From NCBI GenBank assembly GCA_965648905.1, contig CBFGIT010000001.1, forward strand, positions 149,107-213,106: DNA of 64,000 nucleotides. The letters are read 5' to 3'. This document shows, piece after piece, positions 19,834 to 33,353 of this stretch. Made by a program: the position numbers and the translations under genes. The notes beneath the pieces are model-generated. The model saw only the letters and a program-made list of their open reading frames with translations, was not told where the DNA came from and did not search any database. This DNA is from a candidate division WOR-3 bacterium (GTDB lineage Bacteria; Hydrothermota; Tepidihabitantia; Tepidihabitantales; Tepidihabitantaceae). Positions within the stretch are counted from its first letter, which is position 1; every line of letters starts with the position of its first letter.

Positions 19834-20823
19834 CTACGCCAGGACCAGGTCGGCCGGCCGACCGCACCGGCTGCATCGACCGTCGACGACACCGGTGACC
19901 CGACCCCGGTACTGGCTGCGTTCCACCAGACAATTGGAGCAGGCCGGGCAGAAGGTATCGCGGTCTGCCGGACCCGCGACCACATTACCCAGGTACACAT
20001 AGTGCAGTTTCTGCCGGCCGATTCGAGCAGCGCGAACCAGGGTCTCCGCCGGTGTGGACCGAGTGGTTTCACGATGGCGCGGGAAGTAGCGTGAGAAATG
20101 CAGCACGGTGTTCGACCCCAGGCCGGCAACGAAGTCGACGAGGTCACGGATTTCCTCATCTGAGTCGTTGCGACCCGGAACCAGCAGATTGGTCAGCTCA
20201 ACGTGGCAGGACTGACGGGCGGCCCGGATCGTGTCAAGCACGGCCTCGAGGTCACCCTTGACATAGTCGCGGTAGAACTCCGGCCGGATTGATTTCAGGT
20301 CGATGTTCATCGCGTCGACAAGCGGCAGGAGTTCAGCCAGCGGCTCAGGACTGATCATGCCGTTGGTCACGAGCACGGTCTTGAATCCGGCGTCCTCAAG
20401 CAGCCGGGCCGAATCGACCACATACTCAAACCATGTCAGCGGCTCGCTGTAGGTGTAGGAAACCGCCCCGGTCCCGGACTTGCGCGCCAGAGCAAGCAGC
20501 TCATCCGGGGCGACGACCTTCGACCGGGCCTGTTGCTGCGATATCTCAGCGTTCTGGCAGAACGGACAGCGCAGGTTACAGCCGTAGGTCGCAACCGAGA
20601 GAATGTCGGAACCGGGAAGGAAATGGTAGAGCGGCTTCTTCTCAATCGGGTCCACGCCGAGAGAAACCACTTCCCCGTAGTTCATCGCGTACAGCGTCCC
20701 CTCCTCGTTGACCCGACCAAGACAGCGACCCTTCCTGCCCGGGGCAACAAGACACTGGTTCGGGCATAGCTGGCAACGTACACCGTCCTGTTCTCGAATC
20801 CAGTGGCGAGCCCTGACGCGCAT
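19834..20823 (-). CDS. amrS: AmmeMemoRadiSam system radical SAM enzyme
   Basis: CQLCPNQC, DPIEKKPLYHFLPG, CNLRCPFCQN, YVYLGNV, CPAC and CSRC. ATG at 20823. Confidence 0.9.
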   Translation of the reverse strand: MRVRARHWIREQDGVRCQLCPNQCLVAPGRKGRCLGRVNEEGTLYAMNYGEVVSLGVDPIEKKPLYHFLPGSDILSVATYGCNLRCPFCQNAEISQQQARSKVVAPDELLALARKSGTGAVSYTYSEPLTWFEYVVDSARLLEDAGFKTVLVTNGMISPEPLAELLPLVDAMNIDLKSIRPEFYRDYVKGDLEAVLDTIRAARQSCHVELTNLLVPGRNDSDEEIRDLVDFVAGLGSNTVLHFSRYFPRHRETTRSTPAETLVRAARIGRQKLHYVYLGNVVAGPADRDTFCPACSNCLVERSQYRGRVTGVVDGRCSRCGRPADLVLA

Positions 20824-20910
20824 CGCTCCAGCATACCCGACGTTGCGGCCTGGTGCAAGGAGAAGCGCCGGTTTGACGCCTAACCATGCTGCTGCTACAA
20901 TCGCAAGCCG

Positions 20911-22296
20911 ATGAAGCTGTTCAACACCCTGACGCGCCGCCGAGAGGAACTGGACCCGCTGACTCCAGGCAAGGTCGGCATCTACACCTGCGGTCCGACT
21001 GTCTACATGTTTGCCCATGTCGGCAACTTCCGTGCCTATGTCTTCGCCGACACGCTCCGCCGCTCACTGGAATATCTCGGTTACGAAGTCAGCCACGTCA
21101 TGAACATCACCGATGTCGGGCACCTGACGTCCGACGAGGATACCGGCGAGGACAAACTGGAGAAGGGCGCTCGGGCTGAGGGCAAGACCCCGGAAGAAAT
21201 CGCCCGGTTCTACGAGAAGGCGTTCTGGGCCGACAGCGAACGGCTCAACATCCTCAGGCCCCATATCATCTGTCGGGCGACCGACCACATCGCAGACATG
21301 GTCGAGTTCATCCGCCGCATCGAGGCAAACGGATTTGCCTACCGGACCAGCGTCGGACTGATATTCGACACCGGAAAGTACCCGGACTACGCCCGACTTG
21401 CTCGACTCAACCTCGCCGAGCAACAGGCCGGCGCCCGGGTCAAAATCGACCCTGAACGCCGCAACCCGTCCGACTTCGCCCTCTGGATAACGAACCAGCC
21501 CCGGCATCTTATGCAGTGGGACTCGCCCTGGGGCCGAGGATTCCCGGGCTGGCACGTCGAATGCTCGGCCATGTCAATCAGGTATCTGGGCGAGCGGTTT
21601 GATATCCACACCGGCGGCATCGACCATATCCCGGTGCACCACACCAACGAACGAGCCCAGAACTTCGCCGCCACCGGACACGAAGTCGTCAACTACTGGA
21701 TGCACAACGCCTTCCTGACCGTCGGCGACAGCCGGATGGGCAAATCCGAAGGCAACCTTGTGACGCTTGCCGAGCTGACCCGGCAGGGCATCCATCCGGC
21801 CGACTTCCGATACCTCTGTCACACTGCCCTCTACCGCATGCCCTTGAGCTTCACGCTCGAATCACTCAAGAGCGCCCAGAACTCCCTCCGCAGCCTCATC
21901 GACTTCGGCCGCACCGCCCAGACCTGGAATGAAAGTGATGGTTCCTGGCTTCGGCCCTGGCAGGATGAGTTCCGCGCGGCGATCGCCGACGACCTGAACG
22001 TGCCTCAGGCTCTGGCCGTGGTCTGGAACGTCGTGCGCGAAGCCAACCGGCGCCAGGACCAGAGCGCCTGGCACGCTATCCTTCACTTCGACCGGGTCCT
22101 CGGACTCGGCCTCGAACGCCTGGCCACCGACCAGCACCCGGTCCCGGCAGAAGTCCTCAAGCTCCTCGAAGAACGCCAGGCTGCGCGTCAGGCCCGCGAC
22201 TGGGCTGCATCTGACCGGTTACGCTCGCGTATCGCCCAACTCGGCTTCCTGGTCGAAGACACGCCCCAAGGCCCGCGGGTCAAACCGCGTCCTTGA
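20911..22296 (+). CDS. cysS: Cysteine--tRNA ligase
   Basis: YTCGPTVY..HVGN, DFALW, PGWHVECSAM, DIHTGGIDH, MGKS. Confidence 0.96.
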   Translation: MKLFNTLTRRREELDPLTPGKVGIYTCGPTVYMFAHVGNFRAYVFADTLRRSLEYLGYEVSHVMNITDVGHLTSDEDTGEDKLEKGARAEGKTPEEIARFYEKAFWADSERLNILRPHIICRATDHIADMVEFIRRIEANGFAYRTSVGLIFDTGKYPDYARLARLNLAEQQAGARVKIDPERRNPSDFALWITNQPRHLMQWDSPWGRGFPGWHVECSAMSIRYLGERFDIHTGGIDHIPVHHTNERAQNFAATGHEVVNYWMHNAFLTVGDSRMGKSEGNLVTLAELTRQGIHPADFRYLCHTALYRMPLSFTLESLKSAQNSLRSLIDFGRTAQTWNESDGSWLRPWQDEFRAAIADDLNVPQALAVVWNVVREANRRQDQSAWHAILHFDRVLGLGLERLATDQHPVPAEVLKLLEERQAARQARDWAASDRLRSRIAQLGFLVEDTPQGPRVKPRP

Positions 22297-22394
22297 CTTG
22301 GCGCGACCCTGCCCTATCATTAGCAGCGTGAGTTGAAGTCAGGAGTCCGGGGTTCGAAGCACAAGACCCTGATTCCTCGAACTCCTTGTTGGTC

Positions 22395-22467
<73 letters not shown>

Positions 22468-22477
22468 CTCCTCTGCC

Positions 22478-23362
22478 GTGAGTCGCAAGTCAACCGTCAT
22501 GCTTGTTGTGGCCGGAGTTCTGTCCGGCTTGGTTATGTTCGTGTTGTTCCTGACGGTCATTGCCACACAGGCCGGTGCCGGACCGGATGCCGTGGCCGGC
22601 TGGCGCAAGGGGCTCGGCTACGTTGAAATTGAGGGCACGATTGTCGACGCGACCGAGACCGTCCGTCAGCTCAAGTGGCTCGAACGGCAACCTCAGGTCA
22701 AGGGCATCCTGCTGCGTGTTGACTCGCCCGGCGGCGTCGTCACCCCCTCGCACGAAATCTACTCGGAAGTCGCCCGCATCAGCAACGAAGGCAAACCGGT
22801 GATCGTCTCGATGGGCACGATTGCCGCCTCCGGCGCCTACTACATCTCGGCCCCGGCCGACCTGATTGTCGCCAGCCCCCAGACCCTGACCGGTTCCATC
22901 GGTGTGATCATGGAATTCCCGGTTGTCAAAGGCCTGATGGACAAACTCGGCCTCAAAGTCGAGGTCGTCAAGTCGCGCGACCAAAAAGACATCGGCTCAC
23001 CCTTCCGGGACATGACCTCGCGGGACCGCGAACTCCTCCAGGGCGTTGTCACCGACGCCTATGAGCAGTTCGTCGAAGTCGTCAGCGCATCACGGAACAT
23101 TCCTGAAGACAGCGTGAGACTGATTGCCGACGGCCGGATCATGACCGGCCGACAGGCCTTGGCGCTCGGTCTGGTGGATACACTCGGCACATTCGAAGAT
23201 GCGAAGCGCATCGCGGCCGACCTGTGCGGCATTGAAGGTGAACCCCGACTCATCCGCCCGACTCGTCGAATGAGCTTCCTTGTTCGGCAACTGCTGGAGG
23301 GAACTACGGAAAACCTGCTCGGCGGGCTTAGGTTCCCGCGCCTGCGCTATGTCTACTACTAG
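22478..23362 (+). CDS. sppA: Signal peptide peptidase SppA (S49)
   Basis: LRVDSPGG, SMG.IAASGAYYIS, TLTGSIGV, DGRIMTGRQAL.LGLVD. Confidence 0.93.
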   Translation: MSRKSTVMLVVAGVLSGLVMFVLFLTVIATQAGAGPDAVAGWRKGLGYVEIEGTIVDATETVRQLKWLERQPQVKGILLRVDSPGGVVTPSHEIYSEVARISNEGKPVIVSMGTIAASGAYYISAPADLIVASPQTLTGSIGVIMEFPVVKGLMDKLGLKVEVVKSRDQKDIGSPFRDMTSRDRELLQGVVTDAYEQFVEVVSASRNIPEDSVRLIADGRIMTGRQALALGLVDTLGTFEDAKRIAADLCGIEGEPRLIRPTRRMSFLVRQLLEGTTENLLGGLRFPRLRYVYY

Positions 23363-23403
23363 GCCAGTGGCCGGGCGGGCGCGCAGCCCGCTGCAGGTCT
23401 GGC

Positions 23404-23799
23404 CTACATGTTTGGCGGCCTAGAGCTGGCGCCCTTGGCAGCGAGTTCCAGCGCCCGCCGCGCGCGGCGCAGCGACTCCTTCACTTCCCTGAGCTGTGCC
23501 TCGCCCTGCTTCAGGTCGCCTGTCTGCCGCACCTGGCCGAGCTTGGTTCGCGCCTCAGCCAGCAGCCGGTCCGCCTCAGCCGCCTTAGCAACGTCAAACC
23601 CGGCTGCCGTGCCGCTCCGCACTGCCACCAGCTTCGCAGCCAACCGGTTAAGCTGAACCTCGGTCTGATCCGCGGCCCGACTCAGCCGCTCCGCCGTCAC
23701 TCTCGGTGTGCCCGGCACCCTCGGTTTGGTCAGAATGAACAAAACCGCAGCGAGCGCAAGAACGCCGACCACGAGCCAGACAACAACCCTACTCTTCAA
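23404..23799 (-). CDS. Membrane-anchored helical hypothetical protein
   Basis: TTG at 23799 after AAAGGAGG; N-terminal TM anchor then coiled-coil; paralog of 24063..24461. Confidence 0.7.
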   Translation of the reverse strand: MKSRVVVWLVVGVLALAAVLFILTKPRVPGTPRVTAERLSRAADQTEVQLNRLAAKLVAVRSGTAAGFDVAKAAEADRLLAEARTKLGQVRQTGDLKQGEAQLREVKESLRRARRALELAAKGASSRPPNM

Positions 23800-24062
23800 A
23801 CCAGCCTCCTTTCTGTTCTGCTCGTTCTTCCAACTCCTTGCCACGGCTGGTAACTGGAAGGCGCCCGGCACCCATGATACTCATGCCGGTTGACCTCAAC
23901 CGTTTCAAACGAGGCTCTAGCGGAATTACGACAGGACATTGCCAAGTATAGACGTCATCGCCACAGCGTCAAGGCTTGATGGCCCGTCGGTGCTTCGTGC
24001 CGACGGCGCAGGCTGGAGCCGGTCGACCGGGCCGGCTCCAGCCGACGCTTCAGACGACGGAA

Positions 24063-24461
24063 CTAATCTTCGTCCGAACCGCCTTCACCTCCCGCTGCTC
24101 TCAGCATCTTGCGTGCCTCCGCAAGGTCATTCTTAATCTGCTCCATCTTGGGAAGCCACTGAGTCTGGTCGGTGATGCCCTGGAGTTCCTGCATTCCGGC
24201 TCTCACCTTGGCGACCTGCTCGTCGACCTTCGCGAAGGCCGCCGGGTCACCGCCCTTGCTTCGGGCGGCTTCGATGCGGTGCTCGAACTTCACGAGCCGG
24301 CTCTCCATCCGATTGACGAACGCGGGGATGTCTTCGGCCGCCACGGCCCGCTTGCCGCTCGGCGTGCCCTTCCGACCGACGATTAGAAACACGACTGCGA
24401 TTACGACCAGGATGCCGACGATTGTCCAGATGACAACTCGGCTCTTGCTGCCTTGTGCCAT
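24063..24461 (-). CDS. Membrane-anchored helical hypothetical protein
   Basis: RBS AAGGAGGAG; KSRVVIWTIVGILV TM anchor then amphipathic helices. Confidence 0.75.
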   Translation of the reverse strand: MAQGSKSRVVIWTIVGILVVIAVVFLIVGRKGTPSGKRAVAAEDIPAFVNRMESRLVKFEHRIEAARSKGGDPAAFAKVDEQVAKVRAGMQELQGITDQTQWLPKMEQIKNDLAEARKMLRAAGGEGGSDED

Positions 24462-24631
24462 TGCTCCTCCTTAGTTTGAGCTCGAACTAGGTACGGTGTC
24501 CCTGGCCTGGGCACCGCCCTCTTGCGCCGCCCGAGCCCGGCCCGCGCCGCACCGGACCGGGCAGACCCGGTCGGCCGCGCGCTGCCGAGCTGACGGCATT
24601 TCTGCGGACAATGCCACGCTGCGGTCAGTCA

Positions 24632-27622
<2,991 letters not shown>

Positions 27623-27768
27623 TCCCCGAACAAGGGTATAATGTTACTCAGGCCGGCGTGGATGTCAAAGAACGCGCCCGGCCGTTGCCGGTTCATCGAC
27701 GACACCGCTCGGTATTGCTTGACTGACGCCGGGATACGAATAACATCACTCCACAAAAAGGAGGTCTG

Positions 27769-27834
27769 ATGCCTTGCGCAAAGCGCGGTGTGAAGAAAAC
27801 CGCCAAGAAGACCGCAAAGAAAAAGAAGAAGTAG
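27769..27834 (+). CDS. 21-aa lysine-rich basic peptide (MPCAKRGVKKTAKKTAKKKKK)
   Basis: Strong RBS AAGGAGGT before the ATG; TTGACT-16-TAACAT upstream (27719-27746); hairpin after the stop. Below the ORF-track length cutoff. Confidence 0.65.
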   Translation: MPCAKRGVKKTAKKTAKKKKK

Positions 27835-27863
27835 CCTCCGGCTGACTTCCGGGAGGGGCGCCT

Positions 27864-30824
27864 GTGCGCCCCTTCTTCGTCATGAACGAACTGCTCGCCT
27901 GTTTCTCCCGCGTAACCGCGTTCCGGCCGCTGCTCGACCAGCTCAAAGCCGGCGCGAGCGTGACCGTCCGGGGCGCAGCCGGTCCTGCGGCCGCGCTGCT
28001 GGCGACCCAAACCACCCGCGAACTGTCCCGACCAATTCTCCTCGTTACTGACCGCCTCGTCACGGCCCGCGCCGCGCTCGCCGACGTCCGCACGCTTGAC
28101 CGGGCCATTCCGTGTCTTGCGTTCACCCCCGATACCCCGGGGTTCTTGGCGAACCTGAAACTGCTCGAGGCAAACGTCGCCGCAGTCGTCGTCACCACGG
28201 TCGAACAACTAAACCAGCCTGCCCCCGCAATTGACGACTCCCAGTCCACGTGTCTTGCTCTGAGCCGGAGCGGCCCGCTTGCGCCTGACGACCTCCTTAC
28301 CTGGCTTGAGGCCAACGGCTACGAGCGCACCGACCTCGTTACCGAACCGGGCGAGTACGCGGCCCGCGGCGGCATCGTTGACTGCTTTTCGGAAGACAGC
28401 CTTCTGCCTTTGCGCGTCGAGTTTGAGGGCGACAAGGTGCTCTCCTTGCGGACTTTCGACCCCCTGCTCCAGCGTTCAACCGGTCTGCTCGATGCCGCGA
28501 GTCTGGCGAGCCGGCGGGTTCCTGAACACTCGGACCAACCGGCCTCGTCCCTGCTGCCGTCCCATTTCGTGCTCATCGGTGAAGGCATCGATGTTGCGTG
28601 CTCTGCGGCTGCGATCCTCACTGGCGACGACCGGGCCGACTTTGACTTGGGCCTCGAACCCGCGCCGGTGTTCCTCGGCAATCTCGACCTACTGCGCCGC
28701 ACGATGCAGGAATCAGACCACGAGTACATCATTGCTGCGAGCAACGACCAGCAGCGGGACCGGCTGCGCGGGCTCCTGGGTGACCGGCCCCGGTTTCTGG
28801 TTGCGCCGCTGAGCGCCGGGCTGACCAGCCCGGCCGGCCGCTTCACCGTACTCACCGAGCGCGAGCTCTACGGCTCGCCCGTCATCCGGCCGGTCCGGCA
28901 CCGGTTCCAGGGCATCCCGATTGACAACGTTGTAGCACTCCGACCCGGCGACTACGTTGTTCATATTGATTACGGTGTCGGTCGGTTCATCGGCACCCAG
29001 ACCATTACCGACCACGGTATTGCCAAAGACTGCCTCGTCATCCAGTATGCCGGGACCGACCGGGTCTATGTCCCGGTCGAGAACATCGGCCTGCTCGACC
29101 GGTTTGTCGGCGGCGACGATTCGGCCCCGGCGCTCGACCGGCTCGGCTCACGCGCCTGGCTTGAGGCCAAGGCCCGGGCGGCCCGCGCCAGTGCCGAGTA
29201 CGCCCGGGAACTGCTTGAAACCTATGCCCGCCGCGCCGCAGCCCGGGGCACGGCGTTCGGGCCTGCAACCGAATGGCTGACCGAGCTTGAAGCATCGTTC
29301 CCCTTCACCGAAACCGAGGACCAGCGTCGGGCACTTGCTGACGTCAGCCGCGACATGGGTCAGTCCCGACCCATGGACCGGCTGGTCTGCGGCGACGTCG
29401 GCTATGGCAAGACCGAAATCGCGATCCGTGCCGCACTCCGGACCGTGGCCGGAGCAAAACAGGTCGCGCTGCTTGCTCCCACGACGATCCTCTGCTACCA
29501 GCACTACGTGACGTTCCGCCGCCGCCTGGCCCGGTTTCCGGTTCGGGTCGAAATGCTCTCCCGGTTGACTCCGCCCCGGCGCCAGACCGAGGTCTGTGCC
29601 GGTCTTGCCTCGGGTGTCGTTGACATCGTCATTGGTACGCACCAGTTGCTCAGCAGCCGCGTCCGCTTCCGTGACCTCGGGCTCCTGGTCATCGACGAGG
29701 AGCAGAAGTTCGGCGTGCGGCAGAAAGAACGGATCAAGGCGCTCAAGGCCGGAGTTGACGTCCTGACCCTGACCGCGACCCCGATTCCGCGCACGCTCTA
29801 CATGGGCCTGGCCGGCCTGCGCGACGTCTCCCAGATCAACACCCCACCTGCGGGCCGGCGCGAGGTGGCGACCGAAGTCGCTGTTTGGGATGACCGTCTG
29901 ATTCGGGAATATGTCCAGCGCGAGCTCGGCCGGAGTGGCCAGGTGTTCTTTGTCCACAACGAGATCGCCTCGATTCAGGCCGTGGCCGACCGGCTCAGCC
30001 GGCTCCTGCCCGAGGTGAACCTTGCCCTGGCTCATGGCCGGATGAGCGCGCGCCGGCTGGCTGATATCTACCTGGCATTCGCTGCCGGTGAGCACCAAGT
30101 GCTGCTCTCAACCGCGATAATCGAATCCGGACTCGACATGCCCAACGTCAACACCATTATCGTCAACCGGGCTGACCGGTTCGGCCTGGCTGACCTCCAT
30201 CAACTGCGCGGCCGGGTCGGCCGGGCTCAGGAACAGGCGTATGCGCTGTTTCTGGTTCCGGCCCGGCACGAGGTCACGCCCGACGCGCGCCAGCGGCTCT
30301 CCGCGCTTCTTGCTTATTCCCGGCTTGGGTCTGGTTTCAAGCTTGCCCTGCGCGACATGGAAATCAGAGGCGTCGGCAGCCTGCTCGGCACAGAACAGCA
30401 CGGCCACGTTGCCCGGGTCGGCTTCAACCTGTACACCCAGATGCTCAAAGAGGCGGTCGCCCGACTGAAAGGTGAACCGGTCGCGCCCGAACCTGAACTG
30501 AAGCTCGACATGCCGGCCCGCATTCCTGACTCCTACATCAGCGACTCGTTCGAGCGCGTCGCGGTCTACAAGAGGCTGCTCAGCGTCGAGACTGAGACTG
30601 AACTGACCGAGCTGAAGACCGAGATGATTGACCGGTTCGGCCGCTATCCCGCTGAGGTCGAGCCGCTGTTCCAGGTTGCGCTGGTGCGCGTGCGGGCGCG
30701 AAAGCTCGACCTGCTCAAAGTCACGCTCCAGGGCGAGCGAATCACTCTGGTCGGCCCGGACCGTACCGAAACGCTGGCCGGTGGTATCGAGACGCTGCTC
30801 GAACGGCTAGCCCGGCCGGTGTAG
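27864..30824 (+). CDS. mfd: Transcription-repair coupling factor (compact N-terminal half)
   Basis: RGGIVD, GDYVVHIDYGVG, MDRLVCGDVGYGKTE, DEEQKFGV, TATPIPRTL, QLRGRVGR, TRCF C-terminus. Confidence 0.96.
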   Translation: MRPFFVMNELLACFSRVTAFRPLLDQLKAGASVTVRGAAGPAAALLATQTTRELSRPILLVTDRLVTARAALADVRTLDRAIPCLAFTPDTPGFLANLKLLEANVAAVVVTTVEQLNQPAPAIDDSQSTCLALSRSGPLAPDDLLTWLEANGYERTDLVTEPGEYAARGGIVDCFSEDSLLPLRVEFEGDKVLSLRTFDPLLQRSTGLLDAASLASRRVPEHSDQPASSLLPSHFVLIGEGIDVACSAAAILTGDDRADFDLGLEPAPVFLGNLDLLRRTMQESDHEYIIAASNDQQRDRLRGLLGDRPRFLVAPLSAGLTSPAGRFTVLTERELYGSPVIRPVRHRFQGIPIDNVVALRPGDYVVHIDYGVGRFIGTQTITDHGIAKDCLVIQYAGTDRVYVPVENIGLLDRFVGGDDSAPALDRLGSRAWLEAKARAARASAEYARELLETYARRAAARGTAFGPATEWLTELEASFPFTETEDQRRALADVSRDMGQSRPMDRLVCGDVGYGKTEIAIRAALRTVAGAKQVALLAPTTILCYQHYVTFRRRLARFPVRVEMLSRLTPPRRQTEVCAGLASGVVDIVIGTHQLLSSRVRFRDLGLLVIDEEQKFGVRQKERIKALKAGVDVLTLTATPIPRTLYMGLAGLRDVSQINTPPAGRREVATEVAVWDDRLIREYVQRELGRSGQVFFVHNEIASIQAVADRLSRLLPEVNLALAHGRMSARRLADIYLAFAAGEHQVLLSTAIIESGLDMPNVNTIIVNRADRFGLADLHQLRGRVGRAQEQAYALFLVPARHEVTPDARQRLSALLAYSRLGSGFKLALRDMEIRGVGSLLGTEQHGHVARVGFNLYTQMLKEAVARLKGEPVAPEPELKLDMPARIPDSYISDSFERVAVYKRLLSVETETELTELKTEMIDRFGRYPAEVEPLFQVALVRVRARKLDLLKVTLQGERITLVGPDRTETLAGGIETLLERLARPV

Positions 30825-31232
30825 ATCAGTCACCTCGACCCGCCGTCCGTCTGCCTCGACCGTAAGTACAACCCGGATGGCAGTGCCGGGCAGCAGGTCT
30901 CCGGCCCGCTCGGCCCATTCGACAAGACAGATCCCCTCGCTCCCAAGATAGTAATCGAGCCCGACTGTTTCGCAGTCTTCCCGGGTTGCCAGCCGGTACA
31001 GGTCAATGTGATAGACCGGTAGCCCTCCCTGGTACTCGCTGACAATGACGAACGACGGACTCCGTACCGGCTCAGTGACGCCGAGGCCCGCACAGATTCC
31101 CTTAATCATCGTGGTCTTGCCGCTGCCCAGCTCGCCCGAGAAAGCCACCACGTCTCCGGGCCGGAGCTGACGAGCAAGAGTGCGGCCGAGCTCAACCGTC
31201 TCGGCCGCACTCGAGGTTCTGTAAGTCGGCAA
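30807..31232 (-). CDS. tsaE: tRNA t6A biosynthesis ATPase TsaE
   Basis: GELGSGKTT, SPSF, HIDLYRL, VEWA. Confidence 0.94.
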   Translation of the reverse strand: MPTYRTSSAAETVELGRTLARQLRPGDVVAFSGELGSGKTTMIKGICAGLGVTEPVRSPSFVIVSEYQGGLPVYHIDLYRLATREDCETVGLDYYLGSEGICLVEWAERAGDLLPGTAIRVVLTVEADGRRVEVTDLHRPG

Positions 31233-31234
31233 GC

Positions 31235-32434
31235 CTACACGAGCTCGACGCTGATTGCGGTCGCCTCGCCGCCGCCCAGACAGGCAGTTGCCAGGCCGGT
31301 CTTCAGGCCCCGGTCTTTCAGGGCATAGACTAAGGACACGATAATCCGCGCCCCAGAACAGCCGATTGGGTGTCCAAGCGCAATCGCGCCGCCGTTGACG
31401 TTCACCTTGTCCCAGTTCCAGCCCAGCTCCTTGCCGTCAGCCCGAGTCTGAGAAGCAAAGGCTTCGTTGATTTCAATCAGGTCAAAGTGGTCAATCCCGA
31501 CACCCTGAACCTTGAGCAGATTACGCACCGCCTTGATCGGTGCGTAGAAGAGCATCTTCGGCTCAACACTGCCTGTGGCATAGGCGACAATCCGAGCCAG
31601 CGGTTTCAGTCCGGCCTGCTTCACGTACTCGCCCCCGGCAATCACCACTGCGGCCCCGCCGTCATTGATAGACGACGCATTGCCTGCTGTGACCGTGCCG
31701 TCCTTGGTGAACACCGGCTTCAGACTTGCCAGCTTCTCCAAGGTCGTGTCCGCACGCGGCCCCTCATCGGTGTCGATGACAATCGGGTCGCCCTTGCGCT
31801 GAGGAATCAGCACCGGCGCAATTTCCGCCTTGAACTTGCCGGCCTTGATTGCGGCCGAAGCCTTGGCATGACTGCCTGCAGCCCACTTGTCCTGTTCCTC
31901 GCGGCTTATCCCGGAGTTGCTGGCGGTGAAGTCGCCAAGTGCGCCCATGTGGACGTCGCCGAAAAAGTCCCAGATGCCGTCGTAGACCATGCCATCCTGG
32001 AGCTTCGCGTCGCCCATCTTGTTACCCGCTCTCAAGGTCTTCAGGTAATAAGGCACGTTCGACATCGACTCCTGACCGCCGGCAACAATCAGCCGGGCAT
32101 CTCCGGCCTTGATTTGCTGGCAGCCCAGTGCCACGGCAATCATGCCTGAGCCGCAGACCTTGTTCACGGTCAGCGCCGGTATCTCGGGCGACAACCCGGC
32201 ATACTTGACTGCGGCCTGGCGGGCCGGAGCCTGGCCGATGCCGGCCGGACAGACATTGCCCATGATCACGCCGTCAATCTCCTCCGGCTTCACGCCTGAA
32301 CGCTCGACCGCGGCCTTGATTGCTGCTCCGCCCAGCTCCGGCGCACGCAGCGACGAAAGTCCGCCCAAGAACCGACCGATTGGCGTCCGGGCCGCGCCAA
32401 CGATGAATGTATCCTTTGCCTTACCTATGGTCAT
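31235..32434 (-). CDS. Acetyl-CoA C-acetyltransferase (thiolase)
   Basis: [34 protein letters not shown]. Confidence 0.95.
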   Translation of the reverse strand: MTIGKAKDTFIVGAARTPIGRFLGGLSSLRAPELGGAAIKAAVERSGVKPEEIDGVIMGNVCPAGIGQAPARQAAVKYAGLSPEIPALTVNKVCGSGMIAVALGCQQIKAGDARLIVAGGQESMSNVPYYLKTLRAGNKMGDAKLQDGMVYDGIWDFFGDVHMGALGDFTASNSGISREEQDKWAAGSHAKASAAIKAGKFKAEIAPVLIPQRKGDPIVIDTDEGPRADTTLEKLASLKPVFTKDGTVTAGNASSINDGGAAVVIAGGEYVKQAGLKPLARIVAYATGSVEPKMLFYAPIKAVRNLLKVQGVGIDHFDLIEINEAFASQTRADGKELGWNWDKVNVNGGAIALGHPIGCSGARIIVSLVYALKDRGLKTGLATACLGGGEATAISVELV

Positions 32435-32437
32435 TGG

Positions 32438-33220
32438 TTACTCCTTTGCCGGCTTCCAATCCGGCTTGCGCTTCTCCAAGAAGGCCCGGGTCCCTTCGGC
32501 CGGCTCACCGGACGAGAAACAGACGCCAAAGGCCTCGATTTCAAATGCATTGCCTGTGTTCAAATCAGTGTCAAGCCCGCGGTTGATACAGGTCTTGGCA
32601 AGCCTGACCGCAACCGGGCCTTTGCTTGCTATTTTCTGAGCCAGCTCGGTCACAGTTGCAATCAGCTTGTCTGCAGGCACGACCATGTTCGCAAGACCGA
32701 TGCGCAGCGCCTCAGCCGCATCAACCGGGTCGGCGGTGAAGATGAGCTCCTTGGCCTTGCCTGGTCCGACCAGCCGGGCCAGGCGCTGAGTCCCGCCGAA
32801 CCCGGGCAAGAGTCCCAAGTTCACCTCAGGCTGGCCGATTTTCGCAGTATCAGCCAGAACCCGGATATCGCAGGCGAGTGCAACCTCGCAACCGCCGCCC
32901 AGAGCAAAACCGTTTACGGCAGCAATCACCGGCTTCTCAATACCAGCGACCTTGGCCAGAGCCCGGTGCCCGTTCTGGGCAAACACCCGGGCCTCAAGCG
33001 GGCTGAAGTTCGACATCTCCGCAATGTCCGCACCGGCAACAAACGTCCGGCCCTCGCCGGTGAGAACAATGACTCTGACGTCGTCCTGAGTAGCAAACCG
33101 GTCAAATGCCCGCTCAATCTCCAGGACGACTTCGGTGTTGAGTGCGTTCACCGGCGGCCGGTTGAACTTAAGCCAGCCGATGCCGTCGGCCTTACTGACA
33201 ATCAGATGTTTGTAATCCAA
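32438..33220 (-). CDS. crt: Enoyl-CoA hydratase / crotonase
   Basis: FVAGADI, NGFALGGGCE, GQPEVNLG..PGFGGTQRL. TTG start at 33220 after GGAGG. Confidence 0.9.
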   Translation of the reverse strand: MDYKHLIVSKADGIGWLKFNRPPVNALNTEVVLEIERAFDRFATQDDVRVIVLTGEGRTFVAGADIAEMSNFSPLEARVFAQNGHRALAKVAGIEKPVIAAVNGFALGGGCEVALACDIRVLADTAKIGQPEVNLGLLPGFGGTQRLARLVGPGKAKELIFTADPVDAAEALRIGLANMVVPADKLIATVTELAQKIASKGPVAVRLAKTCINRGLDTDLNTGNAFEIEAFGVCFSSGEPAEGTRAFLEKRKPDWKPAKE

Positions 33221-33353
33221 AGAACCTCCGGGTCTAGCTTGTTCCTGACTATAGGTGAAGCCGGCGCACCGGTCAAGCATCGCGCAGCCCGGCTCCACCA
33301 CAGACCGAGGCGGCAGAGCGCAGCCGCCCTGCCGCCGGTCCTGCTCTTCTGCC

